Origin: Bacteroidota bacterium
GTDB taxonomy: Bacteria > Bacteroidota > Bacteroidia > NS11-12g > UBA955
Reading direction: 5' to 3'
Assembly: GCA_963169345.1 (NCBI GenBank)
Contig: CAUJCT010000058.1
Location: 23,889 to 87,888 of the forward strand
DNA: 64,000 nucleotides
A program made the position numbers and the translations under genes. Under the pieces are notes generated by a model. The model ran no database searches. It saw only the letters and a program-made list of their open reading frames with translations, and was not told the DNA's origin. This document shows positions 1 to 8,775 of this stretch, piece by piece. Every line of letters starts with the position of its first letter. The stretch's first letter is position 1.

Positions 1-284
1 TGAAATTTCAGCAATCTTTCCCAATAACCGGCGCTATCCAGATTGAAAAAACCGAGTTGAAATAATTTTTGCTTCAGCTTATCTTGCATAGCAGCATCCT
101 TCATGCCTTCTAAGTAATGAACATTGAAGCTGATCTCTTCATACATATTCAGGCTGCTTATATGCTTTTCCTTATAGGAGCTTTCAATTATGTACTTGTT
201 GCCATTGACAAAATCGATTAACTTATTGTTAGCCTTAAGGGCGTAACAAGAAAACAGAAGTCCGATGAGTATAAAGTGTTTCAT
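1..284 (-). CDS. Partial secreted hypothetical protein, runs off the left edge of the window
   Basis: Hand translation from ATG at 284: MKHFILIGLLFSCYALKANNKLIDFVNGNKYIIESS..., open to position 1. It has a signal-peptide-like N-terminus and starts 3 nt after the stop of the 288..3851 gene. Not in the ORF track because it is truncated. Confidence 0.75.
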   Translation of the reverse strand, partial: MKHFILIGLLFSCYALKANNKLIDFVNGNKYIIESSYKEKHISSLNMYEEISFNVHYLEGMKDAAMQDKLKQKLFQLGFFNLDSAGYWERLLKF

Positions 285-287
285 AAT

Positions 288-3200
288 TTAGTTAACAGAA
301 TAATTAAAGTAAACAATCAATTGAGAAGTTTCAGGCAAATACTTGGTCGTGATTTCTTTGAATCCCAATGCCTTCATATTGGATTCAATCAAGGAAGGAG
401 AAAATTTTACTTTGTTGTCATTTGCCAGTTCGTATTGCAAGCCAACACCCAATTTAACATTCAAAGCAAATGAACCAATCACACGGTACTCTCCTATCAT
501 TAGATTTTTACCGACCAGAAATAAATCTTTATTAGTGCTCAGTACCGATCTGGGTAAAACCAAATTGAAACTATCAGCAGTTAAACCTACAAACTCATCC
601 ATGAAACCTTTATATCTGAAGTTGTCGCTGCCTTTACTTTGACGCTCTTCGTAATAATATCTGTAACTGTAGATGTAATCATAAGGATTTTTTTCAGGGT
701 TTAAATCTATATTAAAAAGATCTGTTTTAATTTTCATGCCTGTATTACCCAACACTGACCATGGAAAGCACATAGCCTGATAACCACTGCTCACGTCGAT
801 TAAGTCCTGGCTATTGTATGAAAGTTGCTTGGATTTAAAGTAGACAATAGTGGGTGCAATAAGTCCCGAAAGTGAGTCCTGACCAGTTAACGCTTCCCTT
901 ATTAAAGAAGAATTGAATTCAAGTGCCATAACATCCGTTTCCAATTCGAGTCTGGTTTTAGATTTATCCTGATTATGGATATTTAAAGTACAGTTTATTG
1001 GTTTATAAGTGTTACCCAGCCTTCTGCATGGATTAATAATGAGGTTTAATCTATTGGAAGTAGTCACCCCTATTTTCATGATATTGTAAGTGACGATGTC
1101 GAAATTATAGTACTGAGAATTTTGATTACCGGAGGATTGAAAATTCTTGTAGAATAGATGATCGTAAAACTCAGGCAAAGGCTGGTGAAATCTGAAACTC
1201 CACTCTCTCACTCTTTCAAGTGTCGCGTGTTGATTCAACATATTCAGAAACGAAAATTCCTTTTTAAACGTATCGTTACAAAAACAGGCTGAGATGCCTT
1301 GAGTCATCACCAGTCTGCCATTAACATATTCACGAATGCGCAACTCATTCCCTAATGAATCAAACTCAACCCAGGTACTGTCATATTTGTTGTTTTTAAA
1401 ATATCCTTTATGCTCAATTTTTCCATTTGGCCAGAATGTTTGAGATAGACCTTCTGCTTTCCCTTTTTTATAATGTCGGATCATTTTAATGTTTCCAAAC
1501 GAATCCCATTTGGTTTCGAGGCTGTCCTGATTGCCTTTTATAAAATAGCTTTGAGATTCCATTCGTCCATTAGGATAATAGATATAAGCCCAACCATAAG
1601 TTTTACCTGAATCTGTATAATAAACATTTCTCAATTGCCCGTTGGGATGAAAAGACTCCTGTTTGCCATGTTGCAAAAAATTAGAGTAATTGGGCCCTTT
1701 ATAATTTAAGTATCTGTGGTGGTATTGAAGTCGTCCATATTCGTAATATTTATTTTCAATTAATATACCCGAATCGCTGTACAGTTGCCAACCTGAAGGC
1801 ACATAGGTTATGGGATTCCATGTGGCATACACTCCAACTTTTACACCATTTCTGGAGGTTTCAGTTCTTATCAGTTTGCCATTAGCAGCATAATACCTGA
1901 GCGTATCCATACCATCCGCTTTAGCCTTGATGAGCTGCACCGCTAATCTGCCATTGTAATGAAACACCTCAACATTGCCCAACAAGATATTGCCACGATA
2001 ATCTGCTTTCATCAATACTTTCCCTTTTTCAAGTTGATATATTTTGTACCAACTGCCATTGTCCATAATAGTATCGCAAAGTCCCACCAACTTTGAGTTC
2101 TTATAGGTTTCATAAATGGATTTGACTTCAGACAAAGGTATAGTATCGGATAAACTCTGAATCCATGTGCCATCAGAAGCCCAATAGAGTTCGAGTGCTG
2201 ATTTATAACTTTGCAATTCGAAATCCTTGACACTTTTCAAATGTCCATTGATGTAATAATCTATTTTTCTTCCAACATAACCATTATCGGTTTGAACAAA
2301 GAAAGTCTCCGGATTGCCGTTGGGATAATAATGGTACTCTATTCTGAAATTATCTGTAGACAGGTTGTATGAATTTTTATTGACCAGGGGAACATACATT
2401 TTCTCATCTCTAATCTGTCCGTCTTGCCAATAAGTTTTTGCGTACAAAACTTTATTATTTTCATCTGAAATTGTGGTACTGATTAACTGGCCCGATTCGG
2501 CATAATTATTCTGCAAATAATAGTTATCGGTAGCGCCTGGTAATGGATTCAGTTTATAAGCATCGTATTTTAATACGCCATTGTAATACCATTCTTTACG
2601 TATACCGCAATATTTACCTCTGCAATATTCTATTATAGAAGTTAGCTGACCATTTTCAAGTCGACTGACCCATAAGCCATCACGCACTCCCATATAATAA
2701 CTTCCACTGTCTCTTAATATGCCATTTTCATTGTAATTTAAACTCAAGCCATGTAATACACTGCGCCCTGATTTAGGATCTATTTCAAAGTAATACTGAC
2801 TTAAAAGCTGACCCGTTTTGTAATTATAATAGGTGGTTGACAGTTCCATTCCATTTTTATAAAGATTCTTGGATTTCAGCTTGCCATCGTTGTAGTATTC
2901 TTCAAACCATCCTTCTTTTTTATCATTGAGGAAACTCCCTTTTAATTTAAGCACACCTTCTTTGTAATATTCAATGTATGGTCCGTTCAAGACCGCCCTG
3001 TAATACCCATTTTTCATTTCAGGCTTTCCATAGTGTTTTTCAAATTCCATCAAACCATTCTCAAACCACCTTTTAGAAACCCCGCTTAGGACATCCATAC
3101 TGTACTCGGCCTTTTCATGCAACTTACCACTTTCAAACCAGGTGGTGTACGAGCCATTCATTTTGCCATTCTTATAGTTGATTTCGCTCTTCTTATTACC

Positions 3201-3851
3201 GTTGACATAATAATAAACAATCTTACCATGGGGTTTACTGACTAATTCGCGCGTTTTCTTATAACCTCTGTTATCAGCGGAATCAATGATATAATTGCCG
3301 GTACTTTTTAATATACCGCTTTCATACCACTCTTTGCATTTACCAAACATCAGGTTGTTTTTATAATTTTTAATATAACTTTTCTGTTTGTTTTGATAAT
3401 AGCCTACCCATTCTCCGGTTTTTTTGCCCTTCTCATATTGACCCTGATATTCTACAGTTCCGTCCACATAATATCGAGTGGTTGGTCCATGCAAATAACT
3501 AATTGGTGGTTCATCAAACGACTTATAATTTTCGATGAGTTTAAGTTGTCCGCTTCTATGCCATTCTTTCGAATACAAGAGTTGACCTTCTTTATATAAT
3601 TTTTCAGAATTGACCTGATCGTTTTCAAAATAGGTACGTTGAAAACCATCTTTTATTCTGTTTTTAAAATTGTATTCCATGGAACGGTTACCATTGTAAT
3701 TATAGAAAGTAACCTGACTGTCCACGCCATTGTAAACAGAGATAGAATAAATCCGGCGATTTTGCCAGAACGTATCGCGTTTTGTCACTTGCGAAAAGAG
3801 CTCAGCACAAAACAGCAGCGACAGTGATATAAAGAAAGCGCTTAGTTTCAT
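288..3851 (-). CDS. Large exported MORN-variant repeat protein (YwqK-like repeats) with a non-repetitive C-terminal domain
   Basis: 1187 aa ORF with a signal peptide and many G-x-W-x-x-Y-Y-x-N-G-x-L-K repeats. TATTTTTG box lies 7 nt upstream of the ATG. Confidence 0.8.
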   Translation of the reverse strand: MKLSAFFISLSLLFCAELFSQVTKRDTFWQNRRIYSISVYNGVDSQVTFYNYNGNRSMEYNFKNRIKDGFQRTYFENDQVNSEKLYKEGQLLYSKEWHRSGQLKLIENYKSFDEPPISYLHGPTTRYYVDGTVEYQGQYEKGKKTGEWVGYYQNKQKSYIKNYKNNLMFGKCKEWYESGILKSTGNYIIDSADNRGYKKTRELVSKPHGKIVYYYVNGNKKSEINYKNGKMNGSYTTWFESGKLHEKAEYSMDVLSGVSKRWFENGLMEFEKHYGKPEMKNGYYRAVLNGPYIEYYKEGVLKLKGSFLNDKKEGWFEEYYNDGKLKSKNLYKNGMELSTTYYNYKTGQLLSQYYFEIDPKSGRSVLHGLSLNYNENGILRDSGSYYMGVRDGLWVSRLENGQLTSIIEYCRGKYCGIRKEWYYNGVLKYDAYKLNPLPGATDNYYLQNNYAESGQLISTTISDENNKVLYAKTYWQDGQIRDEKMYVPLVNKNSYNLSTDNFRIEYHYYPNGNPETFFVQTDNGYVGRKIDYYINGHLKSVKDFELQSYKSALELYWASDGTWIQSLSDTIPLSEVKSIYETYKNSKLVGLCDTIMDNGSWYKIYQLEKGKVLMKADYRGNILLGNVEVFHYNGRLAVQLIKAKADGMDTLRYYAANGKLIRTETSRNGVKVGVYATWNPITYVPSGWQLYSDSGILIENKYYEYGRLQYHHRYLNYKGPNYSNFLQHGKQESFHPNGQLRNVYYTDSGKTYGWAYIYYPNGRMESQSYFIKGNQDSLETKWDSFGNIKMIRHYKKGKAEGLSQTFWPNGKIEHKGYFKNNKYDSTWVEFDSLGNELRIREYVNGRLVMTQGISACFCNDTFKKEFSFLNMLNQHATLERVREWSFRFHQPLPEFYDHLFYKNFQSSGNQNSQYYNFDIVTYNIMKIGVTTSNRLNLIINPCRRLGNTYKPINCTLNIHNQDKSKTRLELETDVMALEFNSSLIREALTGQDSLSGLIAPTIVYFKSKQLSYNSQDLIDVSSGYQAMCFPWSVLGNTGMKIKTDLFNIDLNPEKNPYDYIYSYRYYYEERQSKGSDNFRYKGFMDEFVGLTADSFNLVLPRSVLSTNKDLFLVGKNLMIGEYRVIGSFALNVKLGVGLQYELANDNKVKFSPSLIESNMKALGFKEITTKYLPETSQLIVYFNYSVN

Positions 3852-3877
3852 TTAGAGACAAAAATAGGGAAAGAAAA

Positions 3878-4306
3878 GTTAAGTCGTTAAGTTGTTAAGT
3901 CGTTAAGTCGTAGTGCTTCGCTGTTAAGTCGTAAAGTTGTTAAGTCGTTAAGTCGTATTGCTTATCGTTAGATTTTATACTTTCAACAATCATTCTGTGC
4001 TTTCTTTCTGCGCCTTCCAGTTTGGGCAAGCAAACCAAAAGCCGTGACAAGGGAAAAAATCTTTTCTGTGTGTTTTGCGTGTTCCGCCCCAATTCTGCGA
4101 TCTACCTCACGTTAGCATCCGCGTATTCCAGTTTGCGCAAGCAAACCAATTGCCGTGTCAAGGGAAAAAATCTTTTCTGTGTGATTCGCGTGTTCTCTCC
4201 TTGTTCTGCGATCTACATGCCTTCAACTCCCCATTCCACTATCCTCAATCCTACCAATCACCCCACGACTTAACGACTCAACGACTTAACGACTTAACAG
4301 CGCAGC
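3878..4306. repeat. Composite intergenic repeat, copy A: (GTTAAGTC)n array, two ~111 bp units, inverted (GACTTAAC)n array
   Basis: Octamer arrays at 3878-3956 and, inverted, 4265-4306. Cores TTCCAGTTTG(C/G)GCAAGCAAACC-N4-GCCGTG(T/A)CAA at 4015-4050 and 4126-4161. Homologous to copies B, C and D. Confidence 0.92.
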
Positions 4307-4711
4307 TTCATTTTTCATCCTCCTGTAAAACCACAAAGGCAAAAATCCAAAATTGAGAATTGCAATGCCCAATACCAACAGTATTGAAGCGCCTTGCCAG
4401 TGTTGAATTTTAAACAGCAAACCTGTGCTGCATAAAGTAGCGGCTAAATAGCCTAAAATGAACATTGATTTTTTCATAATGATGTTATTTTTATTAATGA
4501 TGTAATTGGTTGCTTGTTGTACTTGTCTCAGTCCGGATATACCGAAACTGTCCAGTGCTTTCTGTAATGCTTGATCAAAATCTTTGCTGTCACTCAGCTC
4601 GAGCTGACAGCAGATATGATCGAGCAGACTCTCCTGTAAATCGGGCATAGTAACACCCCTCTCTATAATGTTGAGTCGGATAATTTCTATATTGTGCGCT
4701 TGTAATTCCAT
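4286..4711 (-). CDS. PadR-associated membrane protein with a GldL-N-like TM hairpin at the C-terminus
   Basis: 141 aa. Soluble N-terminal part (LLDHICCQLE) followed by two TM helices around GLLFKIQHWQGA. Start overlaps the padR stop (TAATG). The last residues AALLSR* are encoded by repeat copy A. Confidence 0.75.
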   Translation of the reverse strand: MELQAHNIEIIRLNIIERGVTMPDLQESLLDHICCQLELSDSKDFDQALQKALDSFGISGLRQVQQATNYIINKNNIIMKKSMFILGYLAATLCSTGLLFKIQHWQGASILLVLGIAILNFGFLPLWFYRRMKNEAALLSR

Positions 4712-5043
4712 TAACTGATTTTTGGGTTTAGTATAAGATTCATAGCGTGCACAAACTCGTTGAAGTCCTGCATCTTTTGCGCAATTACTGAATGACCTTT
4801 CTTTGTAAGTGAATAGTATTTCCTGACTCTTTTACCAATGAATTCCTTCTCAGTACTGAGGATTCCATCCGCCTCCAGCTTATGCAATGTTGGATACAAG
4901 GCGCCTTCGGTTAACTCTATGCGACCATTGGTAATATCTTTCACCCGCTGCGTAATTTCATAGCCGTACATGCGTTTGTTCTCATGAAGCAGCTTTAATA
5001 CTATGGGTTGAAGGGTTCCTTTTATCAGTTCTTTCGAATACAT
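4711..5043 (-). CDS. PadR family transcriptional regulator
   Basis: MYSKELIKGTLQPIVLKLL..MYGYEI..LTEGALYPTLHKLE..RKYYSLT is a typical PadR wHTH. Start moved from the track's 5130 to the ATG at 5043, which follows a TATATTTG box. Confidence 0.92.
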   Translation of the reverse strand: MYSKELIKGTLQPIVLKLLHENKRMYGYEITQRVKDITNGRIELTEGALYPTLHKLEADGILSTEKEFIGKRVRKYYSLTKKGHSVIAQKMQDFNEFVHAMNLILNPKIS

Positions 5044-5051
5044 AAGGCAAA

Positions 5052-5074
5052 TATACATAATATTCTTAGGTATA
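5052..5074. promoter_or_regulatory. Candidate PadR autoregulatory operator overlapping the padR -7 box (5048-5055)
   Basis: Imperfect palindrome TATACATAATATTCTTAGGTATA directly over the promoter. Confidence 0.5.
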
Positions 5075-5149
5075 ACATTTAATTTTAATATTTTATTGTG
5101 TGAGATTCTAAAATAATCTGAGTTTACCAACTTTTATTGTTGCCTGCTC

Positions 5150-5352
5150 ATGCCGCAGGCGTGGCATTTACTTTTTTTTATGGCAAAAAAAAGTAAACAA
5201 AAAAAGGCCACCACGAACCAAAATTTCAATCATGGCTTTGTCGCTGCAAGCCTCTCCTGCTCGTGGCTGCCATGATTTAAATTCTACGCGTTAGTTACTC
5301 CCTCCGGTCGTGAGATCGCTCCGCTAAGTTCGTGGACTCAACCCGCACATCC
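5150..5352. repeat. Multi-hairpin structured element (REP/MITE-like or ncRNA)
   Basis: Stems: ATGCCGC/GTGGCAT (5150-5167), 13 bp TTTACTTTTTTTT/AAAAAAAAGTAAA (5167-5197), CCACGAAC/GTTCGTGG (5211-5218/5328-5335), and a 15 bp stem with one mismatch (5222-5236/5269-5283). Confidence 0.55.
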
Positions 5353-5475
5353 GTTTCCAATTAAGATTTTACTTTAAAGCCAGACAAGTTTATGGTAACA
5401 ATTGCCAAATGTTCCGAACTTTCAATTTTTATCTGTTTTGTTAACCTGGCATATCTAAACCAAAAATATAGAAAT

Positions 5476-5510
5476 AAAAAAAGCCCAACTTCTAAAGGTC
5501 GGGCTTTTTT
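5476..5510 (-). terminator. Rho-independent terminator downstream of icd (bidirectional form)
   Basis: AAAAAAAGCCCAAC-TTCTAAAG-GTCGGGCTTTTTT. Confidence 0.85.
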
Positions 5511-5531
5511 AATATTTGATCAGTTTACAAA

Positions 5532-6767
5532 CTAAGCTGTTTGGCCTAGTTTGGCCTTTAAGCCTTTGTCTAATTCTTCGAGGAACTCTTCGGTGTAAAG
5601 ATAGTGTTCGCCGTGGTTCACTTTGTTACCGTGAATACAAACAGCCAAATCCTTGGTCATTTTACCACTCTCTACTGTCTCTACACATACTTTCTCCAAT
5701 GTCTGGCAGAAGTTGATGAGGTCTTGATTGCCATCCAGCTTACCTCTGAACTCCAAACCTCTGGTCCAGGCAAAAATAGAAGCAATTGGATTGGTTGAAG
5801 TTGGCTTTCCAGCCTGGTGGTCGCGGTAGTGACGGGTAACTGTTCCGTGTGCTGCTTCAGCTTCCATGGTTTTGCCATCCGGAGTTACCAATGTAGAGGT
5901 CATTAAACCTAATGAACCAAAACCTTGAGCTACTGTATCAGATTGCACGTCGCCATCGTAGTTTTTGCAAGCCCAAACGAAATTACCGTTCCACTTCAAA
6001 GCCGAAGCCACCATATCATCGATCAGTCTGTGTTCGTAAGTGATACCGGCTGCTTCGAATTTAGCTTTGTAATCGCTCTGATAAATTTCTTCGAAAATAT
6101 CTTTAAAGCGACCATCGTATTTTTTCAGAATGGTATTTTTAGTTGAAAGGTACAATGGCCAGCCCTTTTGCAATGCAGTATTGAAGCAAGAGTGAGCAAA
6201 TCCACGGATAGATTCATCGGTATTGTACATGGTTAGAGCAACACCATCTCCTTTGAAATTATACACTTCAAATTCCTGAGTGGTGCCATCTTCACCTTCA
6301 AACTTCACAGTGAGTTTACCTTTACCTTTGGTAACGAAATCTGTAGCGCGGTATTGATCGCCAAAAGCGTGACGACCTATGCAAATTGGTGCAGTCCAGT
6401 TAGGAACTAAACGCGGCACATTGCTGCAAACAATCGGCTCACGGAAAACAGTGCCATCCAAAATATTACGAATGGTACCATTAGGTGATTTCCACATTTG
6501 TTTCAGATTGAATTCTTTCACACGAGCTTCATCCGGAGTGATGGTAGCACATTTGATACCTACACTGTATTTTTTAATTGCTTCAGCAGCATCGACGGTT
6601 ACCTGATCGTTGGTGGCATCGCGGTGTTCCATACCCAGGTCGTAGTATTTAATATCTACATCGAGGTAAGGCAGAATGAGTTTGTCTTTAATGAATTTCC
6701 AGATAATTCTGGTCATTTCGTCACCGTCGAGTTCAACGACCGGATTTGCTACTTTGATTTTGTTCAT
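5532..6767 (-). CDS. icd: NADP-dependent isocitrate dehydrogenase (eukaryote-like homodimeric type)
   Basis: Motifs [72 protein letters not shown] box at 6799-6806. Confidence 0.97.
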   Translation of the reverse strand: MNKIKVANPVVELDGDEMTRIIWKFIKDKLILPYLDVDIKYYDLGMEHRDATNDQVTVDAAEAIKKYSVGIKCATITPDEARVKEFNLKQMWKSPNGTIRNILDGTVFREPIVCSNVPRLVPNWTAPICIGRHAFGDQYRATDFVTKGKGKLTVKFEGEDGTTQEFEVYNFKGDGVALTMYNTDESIRGFAHSCFNTALQKGWPLYLSTKNTILKKYDGRFKDIFEEIYQSDYKAKFEAAGITYEHRLIDDMVASALKWNGNFVWACKNYDGDVQSDTVAQGFGSLGLMTSTLVTPDGKTMEAEAAHGTVTRHYRDHQAGKPTSTNPIASIFAWTRGLEFRGKLDGNQDLINFCQTLEKVCVETVESGKMTKDLAVCIHGNKVNHGEHYLYTEEFLEELDKGLKAKLGQTA

Positions 6768-6910
6768 GTCTTTAGGTAATTAGTATCTTTTATTTGTGCA
6801 AATGTAAAATTTAAAGTTTGTATTGTAAAGTGCAGCCGACCTAAACAAAGTAGTTTTTACGTTATTTTTTTACACTTATCAGGTTTTTAAAATTTTACTT
6901 AAGCAGATGT

Positions 6911-6945
6911 AAAACAAAAACACCCGCTCAATCATGAACGGGTGT
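6911..6945 (-). terminator. Rho-independent terminator after the small basic ORF
   Basis: Minus strand ACACCCGTTCA-TGAT-TGAGCGGGTGT followed by TTTTGTTTT. Confidence 0.8.
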
Positions 6946-6971
6946 CTTGAATATTTTGATTATGACTGCTA

Positions 6972-7121
6972 TTAAGCCTGGTCTTCTAATACAATACCAG
7001 ATACTTCTTTATGAGGTGACTGTATGTAAACCATTTTGTTCACATTCTTAAGATTAGTTTTTCTAACCCTTGTCTTCTCTTTATTTCTTCTGTCTTTTCT
7101 TTTTAATCTGGTAACAGCCAT
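6972..7121 (-). CDS. Small basic protein, 49 aa (below the ORF-track cutoff)
   Basis: MAVTRLKRKDRRNKEKTRVRKTNLKNVNKMVYIQSPHKEVSGIVLEDQA*. It has its own TATATTTG box (7144-7151) and terminator. Confidence 0.8.
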   Translation of the reverse strand: MAVTRLKRKDRRNKEKTRVRKTNLKNVNKMVYIQSPHKEVSGIVLEDQA

Positions 7122-7214
7122 GATATTTCTGATTTTGAGGGTGCAAATATAGAATTTTCAAATATTAAATACAAGCAAATTCGAAAAATAATGAAAATAC
7201 CTGTAAATACTTGA

Positions 7215-8774
7215 TTATCTTGACTCCATAACGATAAACGGCACCATCATTTCTTCCAGCGAAATCCCTCCGTGCTGAAAGGTATTGGTGTAATAATTAA
7301 CGTAATGGTTGTAATTGTTAGGATAAGCGAAAAAGTCATCTTCCTTGCAAATTACGTATGTCTGACTGACATTGACCTTTGGAAGGAAGGCCAGTTCAGG
7401 TTTGCGTATTTCGAACACTTCCTTCGCCTCATAACTCAAATTTTTACCTTGCTTGTATCGAAGATTCGAATTGGTATTCTTATCTCCTACTATCTTAACC
7501 GGTTTATTGACGCGTACACTGCCGTGATCGGTTGTAATAATGACCTTACAGTTCTTTTCTGCAATCATTTGCAAGGCTTCCCATAAAGGCGAATGTTTAA
7601 ACCAACTTTCGGTAACCGAACGATAAGCCGCTTCATCTTCTGCCAGTTCTCTTATAATGCTGACATCGGTTCGGGCATGTGAAAATGCATCAACAAAATT
7701 GTAGACTATGGCATTGATGCTGTTCTGGAACATATTTGGAATTTTGTCTACCAAAGCTTTACCTCCATCCAGATTGGTTATTTTGACATAACTGCTCTTA
7801 CCGGTCACTCTGAGTCGCGATAACAAATCCTTAAAGAAATCTTCTTCGAAATTGTTCTTGCCTCCTTCATCTTCATCATTGCTCCATTTATCCGGAAATC
7901 TCTTTTCAATTTCACTTGGCAGCAATCCACTGAATATCGCATTTCTACAATACTGTGTTGTGGTTGGCAAAATGGTTAAGTATTGATCTTCCTCTTCAAT
8001 TTTAAACTTCTCTTTTATAATTGGCGCAATCGTTCTCCATTGGTCGAGTCGAAGATTGTCTATCAATACAAAAAAAGTAGGCGTCTTGTCATTGATAAAA
8101 GGCTTGACTTTTCTTCTGAACAGGTTATAACTCATCACAGGGCCATTGTCGCCGGTAGGCTGAAGGTAACCCAAATAATTCTTGGTTATAAATTTACTGA
8201 ATCCGTGATTGGCTTCTCTCTTCTGGTTCTCATAAACTTCATTCATACTCTTGTCGCTGCTCTTGCCCAACTCAAGTTCCCAGAAAATAAGTTTATTGTA
8301 TACCTCTTTCCATTCATCCAGACTCAGATTATCCATCAACATATTGCTGATGTTTCTGAAATCTATCTGATAATTCTGATTGGTCTTTTCGGTAACCAAA
8401 CGACTTTTATCCATCAATTTTTTAATGGAGTGTAAAATCTGATTGGGATTAACAGGCTTAATCAAATAATCGGAAATCTGCGATCCAATTGCATCATCCA
8501 TGATATATTCCTCTTCGCTCTTGGTAATCATCACCACTTTGACATCCGGTTCAATGGCTTTGATTTGCTTCAGTGTTTCCAGTCCACTGATGCCGGGCAT
8601 GTTTTCATCGAGAAACACCAAATCCGGTTTCTCACTGATGGCTTTTGCTATGGCTGCATTACCGTTGTTAACAGTTATGAGATCATAACCTTTCTGTTCA
8701 AGGAAGAGTATATGAGGTTTGAGCATATCGATTTCATCATCTGCCCAAAGAATTTTGATTTTGTCTCCGTTCAT
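7215..8774 (-). CDS. porX: T9SS response regulator PorX (receiver domain plus PglZ/alkaline-phosphatase-like domain)
   Basis: N-terminal receiver (ILWADDE, FLDENMPG) and C-terminal PglZ-like motifs LPTTTQYCRNAIFSG, IITTDHG, FQHGGISLEEM. 519 aa. Confidence 0.88.
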   Translation of the reverse strand: MNGDKIKILWADDEIDMLKPHILFLEQKGYDLITVNNGNAAIAKAISEKPDLVFLDENMPGISGLETLKQIKAIEPDVKVVMITKSEEEYIMDDAIGSQISDYLIKPVNPNQILHSIKKLMDKSRLVTEKTNQNYQIDFRNISNMLMDNLSLDEWKEVYNKLIFWELELGKSSDKSMNEVYENQKREANHGFSKFITKNYLGYLQPTGDNGPVMSYNLFRRKVKPFINDKTPTFFVLIDNLRLDQWRTIAPIIKEKFKIEEEDQYLTILPTTTQYCRNAIFSGLLPSEIEKRFPDKWSNDEDEGGKNNFEEDFFKDLLSRLRVTGKSSYVKITNLDGGKALVDKIPNMFQNSINAIVYNFVDAFSHARTDVSIIRELAEDEAAYRSVTESWFKHSPLWEALQMIAEKNCKVIITTDHGSVRVNKPVKIVGDKNTNSNLRYKQGKNLSYEAKEVFEIRKPELAFLPKVNVSQTYVICKEDDFFAYPNNYNHYVNYYTNTFQHGGISLEEMMVPFIVMESR

Positions 8775-8775
8775 T

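Noticed and set aside
288-3851. Toxin-antitoxin system suggested by YwqK-like repeats
   Set aside because: The protein is very long and exported, and no toxin gene is recognisable next to it. MORN-variant repeats are generic.
4015-4161. 34-36 nt hairpin-containing cores recurring every ~110 nt looked like CRISPR repeats
   Set aside because: The intervening ~75 nt are homologous to each other rather than unique spacers, arrays have only 2-3 units, and no cas gene is in the window.
4022-4356. ORFs 4022..4273, 4075..4356, 13267..13545, 13441..13754, 17971..18353 and 42696..42906 with similar peptides
   Set aside because: They are translations of the repeat units in several frames and both strands, with no consistent start, so similarity reflects the DNA repeat and not a protein family.
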